Below, one piece after another: positions 20,351 through 26,724 of a stretch of 64,000 bases of DNA. Under the pieces are notes generated by a model. It saw nothing but the letters and a program-made list of their open reading frames with translations, had not been told where the DNA came from and made no database searches. Position 1 is the stretch's first letter, and each line of letters starts with the position of its first letter. The DNA comes from an uncultured archaeon (GTDB lineage Archaea; Aenigmatarchaeota; Aenigmatarchaeia; Aenigmatarchaeales; Aenigmatarchaeaceae), in assembly GCA_964608725.1 (NCBI GenBank), contig CAZSPB010000001.1, forward strand, positions 171,696-235,695, read 5' to 3'. The position numbers and the translations under genes were made by a program.

Positions 20351-20776
20351 CTATACGCTTTTGAGAAAAGTTTTCATTTTTTCTAGAAATGTGAAACCAT
20401 TATTCAAATCTACACTCATGATTGGAATTTGAAAATTCTGTTTTTTCATTCCATTTTCAAACTCTTTTATTAATACACCCCTACCTGGAAGGATTCTATT
20501 CTTCTTTTTTATTTTATAAACTCCACAAAAAGAAGACGATTCTATACCAATTATTCCTAAAACTTTAAATCCATTTTCCAAATATTCTTTAACAATCTTC
20601 AAAACCTTTTCAGAAATTTCTTTATAATCTTGAAGTTTTGGACAGGGAAGTTGAATTATACTCACTTCTTCATTTAAAAACAATTCAAGAACTTTTCTTG
20701 CAATTCTGCAAGAATGTTCATTCGGTAAAAGAGTATGATTTAACAAACAATGAGGAACGAAAACAACTTTTTTCAT
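20351..20776 (-). CDS. DUF523/TudS-related protein, copy 2 (shortened paralog)
   Basis: VPHCLLNH, QLPCPK, GIESSSFCGV, NFQIPI; clearly similar to 7942..8445; start reassigned to MKKVVF. Confidence 0.72.
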   Translation of the reverse strand: MKKVVFVPHCLLNHTLLPNEHSCRIARKVLELFLNEEVSIIQLPCPKLQDYKEISEKVLKIVKEYLENGFKVLGIIGIESSSFCGVYKIKKKNRILPGRGVLIKEFENGMKKQNFQIPIMSVDLNNGFTFLEKMKTFLKSV

Positions 20777-21064
20777 ACTTTTCTTTAAACAAAAGAAAAG
20801 GAAATAAACTTCTAACCACTCTGAAAAGGGAAAGATTTTTAAATATTTCTTTTTCAATTTTTGTCGAAGTTAAGTTTAAGAAGTAACGAATACATTTTTT
20901 TGTTATGACAGCAAGCACAGAAGATATAAAAGAAGATTTGAGAAAAAGCAAAATTCCTTTTGTTGAAATAGGAGGCCAAATTTTAGATCCTGAAATAGTT
21001 TATACTAGAAGAAAAGGGTATATAAATAAAAATAAAAAAATTGATTAGGTTTTGCTTTAAAATT

Positions 21065-21673
21065 TTAAGGGAATGGCCTTATTGTTCTGAGTATAGTTTC
21101 TATGTTTGTACTTTGAAGTACTGGTGCAAGCCCTGCAACAGAGAATAAAATTGCTCCATATATAGCAACTGCAAATACGTAAACAGTTATTATGAAGCTA
21201 ATGAAAGTTGTTATCATATCTGTGGCAAAAAACTCTTTTATTGATCTAAAGTAAATTGAAAAGCTTAGTGCTGCAGTTACTGCTATTAAAATGAATCCTA
21301 GAACAGCTGACAGTGCAGGGTGTATTAGAGAAAGGAATGCTGTAATTAAGGAACCTATTGAGAGAGGGAAAGAGCTGTAGGTTATTGTTGTTAATCCTCC
21401 ATAATACTTTCCTTTACCACCTAAAGTATTTGTTATTACTGTTATTAAATAACCACAAAATGCACTGCAAACTATTCCAAGGAATAAAATCAACAAAAAC
21501 ATTCCAACTGCTGTAAAAGTTGGTAGAACTTTTGTTGCAACTAACAATGCACTGATAGCAAAAAGAAACCATGTTACTATTAGTATTTCTAGCGTTTTTA
21601 TTATATCTTTTTCTCTTTTTCCATTCCTTATTGCAATTGACGGTGAAACTAACAATTCTTTTAATCTTCCCAC
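21065..21673 (-). CDS. Yip1-family membrane protein
   Basis: LLVSPS N-terminus, five TM helices, LGGKGKY..TTITYS motif. Confidence 0.78.
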   Translation of the reverse strand: MGRLKELLVSPSIAIRNGKREKDIIKTLEILIVTWFLFAISALLVATKVLPTFTAVGMFLLILFLGIVCSAFCGYLITVITNTLGGKGKYYGGLTTITYSSFPLSIGSLITAFLSLIHPALSAVLGFILIAVTAALSFSIYFRSIKEFFATDMITTFISFIITVYVFAVAIYGAILFSVAGLAPVLQSTNIETILRTIRPFP

Positions 21674-21722
21674 TAAATCACCTTAATAATTAATATGGAA
21701 TTCCTCTTATAAAGTTATTTAA

Positions 21723-21887
21723 TTAAGGAGTTAAGAAAAAGAATAGCATTATTTCAATTAAAACTAAAGCAACAGCGATACCTATAACATGTTGAGGTTT
21801 TAAAGTTATTAGACTTTTTCCTTCCTCCTCATAGCGCATTAAACCAGCTATTGTCATTGGTGCTCTCAACTTTCTTTTTTCAGCCAT
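21723..21887 (-). CDS. secG: Preprotein translocase subunit Sec61beta (not in ORF track)
   Basis: Manual translation MAEKRKLRAPMTIAGLMRYEEEGKSLITLKPQHVIGIAVALVLIEIMLFFFLTP; AGLxRY..P..V plus C-terminal TM. Confidence 0.9.
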   Translation of the reverse strand: MAEKRKLRAPMTIAGLMRYEEEGKSLITLKPQHVIGIAVALVLIEIMLFFFLTP

Positions 21888-22079
21888 ACTTATTCTTAAT
21901 TTTATTTCAAATTTAAAAGTTATGGTAAGAAAAAGTATGTTGGTCTCTATACTGAGACTTCATGACATACTGTTTTCAATCAGAATAAATTCCAAATTCT
22001 TATTTTCTTAAATTTTTGTACACTTGATTTTCATTTTATGCTTTTCAACAGTTTTATTCATGAAGAATTGAAATGTTGC

Positions 22080-22357
22080 GTGTGCTGGGCATAATCCACC
22101 TTCTGTAGCGGATCTTGTATAATACAATCATTTCCGCTTGACAGCATTCGTCTAAGCGGCCTACCCACCCCTCTTTCTTCATCAGGGTATATTTGGCCTT
22201 GCACCTTGCCGCAAAGCTTGATATAGGAACATTTCGCTCCTTCAAGCCGCTAGACCTCTCGGCCTAGTCCTTTTCAGGACGGCAAGTCGCAAAAGCGACT
22301 AAAGGTGGGTGGAATTTCCTCCTTGCTTTTGCAAGGGGAGCTGTCTGCCCAGCTCAC
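22080..22357 (-). ncRNA. rnpB: RNase P RNA with reduced S-domain
   Basis: P1 GUGAGCUGGGCA/UGCCCAGCACAC; P2 GACAGC/GCUGUC; CR-I GAGGAAAUUCCACC and CR-V ACAGAAGGUGGAUUAU forming P4; GCAAGGCCAAAUA and GGUAGGCCGCUUAG. Confidence 0.93.
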
Positions 22358-22379
22358 AATTCTTTTTTGTTTCTAGAAG

Positions 22380-22387
22380 TATAAAAA
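22380..22387 (-). promoter_or_regulatory. TATA box of RNase P RNA gene
   Basis: TTTTTATA about 23-30 nt upstream of P1. Confidence 0.6.
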
Positions 22388-22389
22388 TT

Positions 22390-22539
22390 TTATTCAGACT
22401 TTTTCTTTTTAACTAATTTTGGTTTTCCTATATTTTTTTGTAAAGGAATTAGTTCTCTTTCAATTTCCTCTTCTCTAATTTCCGGGAATCTTTCTTTCAG
22501 CTTTTTAATTGCTTTTTTAATTCTAGATTCTTTTGACAT
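22390..22539 (-). CDS. 49-aa charged hypothetical protein (not in ORF track)
   Basis: MSKESRIKKAIKKLKERFPEIREEEIERELIPLQKNIGKPKLVKKKKSE; fills the gap between 23S and rnpB; genome-typical composition. Confidence 0.5.
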   Translation of the reverse strand: MSKESRIKKAIKKLKERFPEIREEEIERELIPLQKNIGKPKLVKKKKSE

Positions 22540-22556
22540 ATTTTTCAGATTTAAAA

Positions 22557-22577
22557 GACCAGCAGAGGCATTTAAAG
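22557..22577 (-). other. 3' strand of 23S processing stem with BHB motif
   Basis: UGCCUCUGCUGGUC pairs with GACCAGCAGAGGCA at 26307-26320; CUUU/AAAG 4-bp helix with AAA and UUA bulges. Confidence 0.88.
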
Positions 22578-22894
22578 GGGTCTAGGCTAATGGGCTTTGG
22601 GAGCAGTGGGCTGAATGCATCGCCGAAGCTTTGCACTTACACCCCTGCCCCATCAAACTCGTCGTCTACGAGCGCCCGTTACCTATTTTTCCCGGCAGTT
22701 TCCAGCTTAGATGCTTTCAGCTGTTAACTGCTATGGCGTAGCTACCCGGCTGTGCCATCAGACAACCGGTAAACCAGAGGCCACGGGTGAGTGTTCCTTT
22801 CGTACTTACCCACCCTTCGGGTCAGGTAACAACACCCCCAGTAGATAGAGACCGAACTGTCTATATCGTCCAGTGCAGGGGAAGAGAAGGATAA

Positions 22895-22958
22895 TTGGGT
22901 TCATAAGCTACTCCTTAGCGAATAAGTTTCGCTTTGGGGCGGTTAAATCATTACCCAA
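22895..22958 (-). ncRNA. Intron-embedded box C/D-like guide RNA (predicted Gm2251, possibly Um2438)
   Basis: Stem UUGGGU/ACCCAA, C box AUGAUU, D box AUGA; guide ACCGCCCCA complementary to P-loop 23392-23400; guide GGAGUAGCUU 9/10 complementary to 23204-23213. Confidence 0.72.
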
Positions 22959-23031
22959 TGTGCCGTATCCGGGTAGACATGATATCATCGCTAGCTTTTA
23001 GCTAATACTCCTTCATGCTATCTAAGATACG
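22959..23031 (-). ncRNA. Intron-embedded H/ACA-like hairpin
   Basis: Lower stem CGUAUC/GAUACG, 8x8 internal loop, upper stem CAUGA/UCAUG with GA/GA K-turn-like motif, ACA 2 nt after the stem. Confidence 0.45.
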
Positions 23032-23821
23032 AAAATCCCCGCACCAGATCACGACGTTCTAAACCCAGCTAACGTCCCCTTTTAACCAGTGAACACCTGT
23101 ACCCTTGGCCGCTACTGCACGGCCAGGAGAGGGGGAGCCGACAGCTAGGCAGCAATGCGCGGGGTCGATAGGAGCTCTCGCCCGCCACGACTCTATTATC
23201 CCCGGGGTAGCTTTTCTGAAGTCACCGACACCCATCAAGGGTAATCGGCGTATCGTTAGCCCACGCTTTCGCGGCTGGATTCCTTACTGTGCGGAATCCA
23301 GTCAGGCTGGCTTTTCCGCTTACAGTCTACCCCCGATTTCTGACCGGGGTGAGCCAACCTTTGGGCACCCTTGATCTCCTGTCAAGGGTGTACCGCCCCA
23401 GCCGAGCGGCCCACCAATCGGTGTCCCCCCGAGAAGAGGGTTAGCCGTACGGTTATGAAAGGGCAGTGTTACATTGGCGCCTATCCAAAGCCCGAAAGCT
23501 TTGGCTTAGCAGCTCCTGCCTACACTATGCAATCATAACCATACAGCAGCGACAGGCTGCCGCAGAGCTCCACGGGGTCTACTCTTCCCCCTGGGGGTCT
23601 GTGGCCTTTGCACCACAACAGCAGGTTCGCCGGGTTCCAGCCCGGGACAGCGAGGAAGTCGTTAAGCCCTTCATGCAGGTCGCCATTTAAGCGACAAGGG
23701 ATTACGCTACCTTAAGACGGTCAGAGTTACCGCCGCCGTTTACCGGGGCTTAGGCCCGTTGTAACGGGCTTTCACACACCGGCAGTGGGCAGGCCTCACT
23801 GGCTATACAAAGCGTTTCCGC

Positions 23822-24358
23822 TTAGCAGCCAGCTATGTTTTTTAACCAGAAAGAGGAGTTTTCAAATTTTACAGTTTTAATTTCGTTTTGGAATATTCTT
23901 ATTGAACTTCTCCGATAGATCTGCAAACCGAATATTTTTCCGAACTTGTATATATGCGAAACAATTCCTAAATTATTTAAAAATTTCTGAATTGCTTCTA
24001 GTAAAACTTTATCACTGTTGTAAATTACTAATCTATCAGTTACTGTCCCTTCAGCATCAAAAAATCCTGCAATAAATTTCTTTTTCTCTTCATTCGCCAG
24101 TCCATTGAAAAATCCTGTTACATCATTTGAAATTTTTTCAAACCAAACGAATAATTCTTTAGAGTACGTAAGTACTCTTATTTTGTTTCCAGGAACTTTG
24201 TAAATATAAAGTTTGAATTTCCCTTTTAATATTTCTGTAATTTTTTCTATAATCTTGTAGTTTCTTTTATGCTGATCTATCCATACTGCGTATGCTCCAT
24301 TTTTTCTTTTTTGTTTGCATCCATCACCAATTAGCATTCCAGCCAGATATGAATTCAT
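23822..24358 (-). CDS. Two-motif LAGLIDADG homing endonuclease
   Basis: YLAGMLIGDG and FIAGFFDAEG; reading frame runs past the 3' splice site. Confidence 0.93.
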   Translation of the reverse strand: MNSYLAGMLIGDGCKQKRKNGAYAVWIDQHKRNYKIIEKITEILKGKFKLYIYKVPGNKIRVLTYSKELFVWFEKISNDVTGFFNGLANEEKKKFIAGFFDAEGTVTDRLVIYNSDKVLLEAIQKFLNNLGIVSHIYKFGKIFGLQIYRRSSIRIFQNEIKTVKFENSSFWLKNIAGC

Positions 24359-24404
24359 GTTTATTATTATCTACGTTATATTTAAACAATTCTCCTCTTT
24401 CTGT
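23841..24404 (-). mobile_element. Mobile BHB rRNA intron (564 nt) near E. coli-equivalent A1784/A1785 encoding a homing endonuclease
   Basis: AT-rich insertion in GUUUAAUAA^AAACAUAG; stem CAGAAAGAGGAG/CUCCUCUUUCUG; canonical BHB UGUU-UAAU-AAA / GUUA-AAA-AACA. Confidence 0.95.
24377..24386 (-). promoter_or_regulatory. Intron-internal TATA box for the homing endonuclease
   Basis: TTTAAATATA about 19-28 nt upstream of ATG 24358, no SD; leaderless-type geometry. Confidence 0.6.
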
Positions 24405-26299
24405 TTATTAAACAGTCGCCTCCTCCTTGTCACTGCGACCTGCGGTCCCACCCCGTTTGCCTTGTTAAACAAGACTCACGGTTAGAGACCACAGGCATGG
24501 CTTCTCCCGAAGTTACGCCACCAATTTGCCGATTTCCCTGGGCTGGTGTATCCCGACACGCCATTGCCTTCTCAGCAAGGGTACCTGTATCGGTTCTCAG
24601 TACAGTCGCAGACAATCCTTCCTGGTTGTATTTTCATGGGCTCTGGGAATTTGCTGAACCCCGCTATACAGCAGGGCTATTCGCAGATTCGACCGGTTCT
24701 CTCCTTGACGGAACTTCCCGGTCTTCGCTGCTTAACTTACGTCAGCATATCCCAAAGCGTCTACAACCAGGCTTGCGTTACCGCACGTATGTCTGCGGTA
24801 CCTGAATATTAACAGGTTTCCCTTCCCCTGCGTCAGTTAAGAGCAGGGTTAGGACTGACTAACCCACGGCCAAAGAATGTTGCCGTGGAACCCTTGCCCT
24901 TCAGGCGGTCCGGATTCTCACCGGACTTTGCTGCTACTACCGGCAGGATCTTCGATTCTGCACGGTCCATACCTGCTCACGCAGATACTTCTACCCATGC
25001 AGAACGCCTTCCTACCCTATTGCTTTCGCAAGCTGGGGTCTCGGTTCCTGGCTTACTCCCGTCCATTTTCGGCGCACCAACCCTCGAGAGGTCCGCTTTT
25101 ACGCGTTGTTTAACGGATGGCTGCTTCTAAGCCTACCGTCCTCCTGTCTTAGGGTTGGCACAACCTTCCTGAATTAGCCAGGAATTTGGGACCTTAACCC
25201 CAGGCTGGGTTGTTCCCCTTTCGGACGCCGAGCTTACCCCGACGCCCCCACTCCCACCTTCTTCGGTGCTAACAGATTATGAGTTTGACAGGAAGACTGG
25301 GAATTTCTTCCCTTGGTCTTCCAATCAGTGCTTTACCCTGTTAGCTACCTCTGGTGAGGCTGTGCTGAGACACATTTCGGAAGGAACCAGCTATCACCGC
25401 TCTCGATTGGCTTTTCACCCCTAACCCCAGCTCACCCGAGTGATTTGCAGCTCAACACCGGTATCGGACCTCCACGCAGCTTTCGCTACGCTTCATCCTG
25501 GCTGGGGTTAGATCGAGCGGCTTCGGGTCTTGTCCCTGTGACTTCAGGCCCTTTCGGACCTAGTGCCAGGTAGCATAAGCTACTACGCACCTTCGCTTTC
25601 GCTACGGATGCTTGGCTTGAACCAATTATCCTCGCCACAGAGACAAACTCCCTGCCCCGTGTTCCAAAACGGACTCCATGACCCTGTAAGCCTTTACTCG
25701 TACTCCCTGTTCGCACAGGTTTCCTTCGTAAAGGCACCTTCCAGGCCATGGATGACTGTAGCCAAGTGGTTTCAAGATCTTTTCACCTTCTGTGAGGAAT
25801 ACTTTTCAGCTTTCTCTCACGATACTTGTTCGCTATCAGACTCTCAAGGTATTTAGGGTTGGGAGTTGATGCCTCCCATCTTCCTGCTCCATATCCAAGG
25901 AACAGTACTCTTTTCCTGAATCAGCCTTCTGGCCTTCCCCTACGCGGCTATCACGCTCTATGGCGTGCCTTTCCAGGCAACTTCGGGTCAGCCAGCTAGG
26001 CTGTACCAGGCTCCACATCTCAACTGCATTACTGCAGCGATTCGGTTTGCCCTTTTCCGTTTTCGCTCGCCGCTACTCACGGAATCGCGTTTGCTTTCTT
26101 TTCCTCCGCTTACTGAGATGCTTCACTTCAGCGGGTTCCCGTTCCTTTCGGAACGCTAGCCGAAGCTAGCACGATGTCGCATTCGATAATCCCAGGTTCA
26201 AGGGCTGCTTGCGCCTACCCTGGGCTTATCCCAGCTTGCTAGGATCTTCTTCGGCCTTGAGAGCTGAGCTATCCACCACTTGGCGTCTTGCCCAGACCC

Positions 26300-26320
26300 T
26301 AACTTTTGCCTCTGCTGGTC
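26300..26320 (-). other. 5' strand of 23S processing stem with BHB motif
   Basis: 14-bp perfect inverted repeat with 22557-22570 followed by AAAG-UUA. Confidence 0.88.
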
Positions 26321-26342
26321 TCATCGATCATAATGATCTAAA

Positions 26343-26408
26343 GTGACTCATGTGACCGTCTTTTTATCATCGAAATTTCTCAATAGGTGTTCACACTTTC
26401 ATAGTCAC
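26343..26408 (-). ncRNA. Box C/D guide unit D in 23S leader (predicted Um2552 and Cm1920)
   Basis: GUGAC-UAUGAAA-guguGAACACCUA-UUGA-gaaauuuc-GAUGAUA-aaAAGACGGUCAc-AUGA-GUCAC; two perfect 10-nt complements to 23089-23098 and 23714-23723. Confidence 0.85.
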
Positions 26409-26454
26409 ATCGACCCTTACACCGCAAAAAAATTTGCGATGCGCATCTTAATCG

Positions 26455-26481
26455 CCATCATTTACCCCTGGGATTTTCATC
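26455..26481 (-). ncRNA. Partial box C/D-like unit C in 23S leader
   Basis: GAUGAAA-AUCCCAGGGGUA-a-AUGA; guide 11/12 complementary to 23198-23209 (H74). Confidence 0.5.
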
Positions 26482-26483
26482 TT

Positions 26484-26533
26484 CTATCAATACGTCGTGA
26501 TCCAATCATTTGGCGAGAAAAAGCATCATCTAG
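26484..26533 (-). ncRNA. Box C/D guide unit B in 23S leader (predicted Um2593)
   Basis: CUA-GAUGAUG...GGAUCACGACGUA-UUGA-UAG; guide GAUCACGACGU is an 11-nt complement of 23047-23057. Confidence 0.7.
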
Positions 26534-26537
26534 TCGC

Positions 26538-26589
26538 CTAATCAGCATTTCCAATGATTAATTGCAAGCGAACATTTAATCACCGTTAG
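26538..26589 (-). ncRNA. Box C/D-like unit A at the 5' end of the 23S leader, target not established
   Basis: CUAA-cg-GUGAUUA...CUGA-UUAG: terminal stem, C-like box and perfect D box, 52 nt. Confidence 0.5.
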
Positions 26590-26612
26590 TAAATTTTTAT
26601 AGTTTCCAAGAG

Positions 26613-26620
26613 TATTTAAA
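26613..26620 (-). promoter_or_regulatory. TATA box of the 23S transcription unit
   Basis: TTTAAATA preceded by A-rich BRE-like sequence, about 24 nt upstream of unit A. Confidence 0.7.
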
Positions 26621-26724
26621 GTTTATTGTTTTTCAAAAAGAATTTATTTCCCTTTTTATAAACAAGAGTTAACAGTATGTAAATGATGTTATACTTTTTT
26701 AAATCAGAAGAACTGACGAATGCT

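Larger units (their letters stand above)
22863..23049 (-). other. ORF-less archaeal rRNA intron (187 nt) between E. coli-equivalent G2597 and A2598
   Basis: Interrupts GUCGUG^AGACAG; terminal stem UCUGGUGCGGGGA/UCCCCUGCACUGGA; relaxed BHB GUCG-UGA / CGAU-AUA whose cleavage restores the exon exactly. Confidence 0.92.
22578..26299 (-). rRNA. rrl: 23S rRNA, unlinked from 16S/5S, with two introns (about 2970 nt spliced)
   Basis: GC-rich; helix 1 GGGUCUGGGC/GCCUAGACCC; H69 GUAACUCUGACCGUCUUAAGGUAGCG; P-loop UGGGGCGGU; GCUGGGUUUAGAACGUCGUG; SRL AGUACGAAAGGAAC. Confidence 0.98.

Noticed and set aside
21933..21971. Hairpin AGTATGT..GTCTC-loop-GAGAC..ACATACT with nearby ATGA/CTGA and a 9-nt match to 23S (ATAGAGACC)
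   Set aside because: Boxes are not in C/D order around the match and it does not fit the archaeal SECIS GAA/A pattern; most simply a terminator-like hairpin downstream of rnpB.
22054..22245. 63-aa minus-strand ORF
   Set aside because: Overlaps the RNase P RNA, which explains the sequence.
22863..24404. Group I or group II interpretation of the two rRNA introns
   Set aside because: No room or motifs for a ribozyme core; both have BHB-type junctions that restore the exon exactly.
26405..26445. Extra possible guide GGGUCGAU (8-nt complement to 23162-23169) after a leader hairpin
   Set aside because: Short match, and its putative D box GUGA overlaps the terminal stem of unit D; not separable from chance.
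22533..26561. Numerous 60-100 aa ORFs across the 23S locus and its leader
   Set aside because: Chance frames in GC-rich structural RNA; only the LAGLIDADG ORF has protein motifs and coding-like composition.
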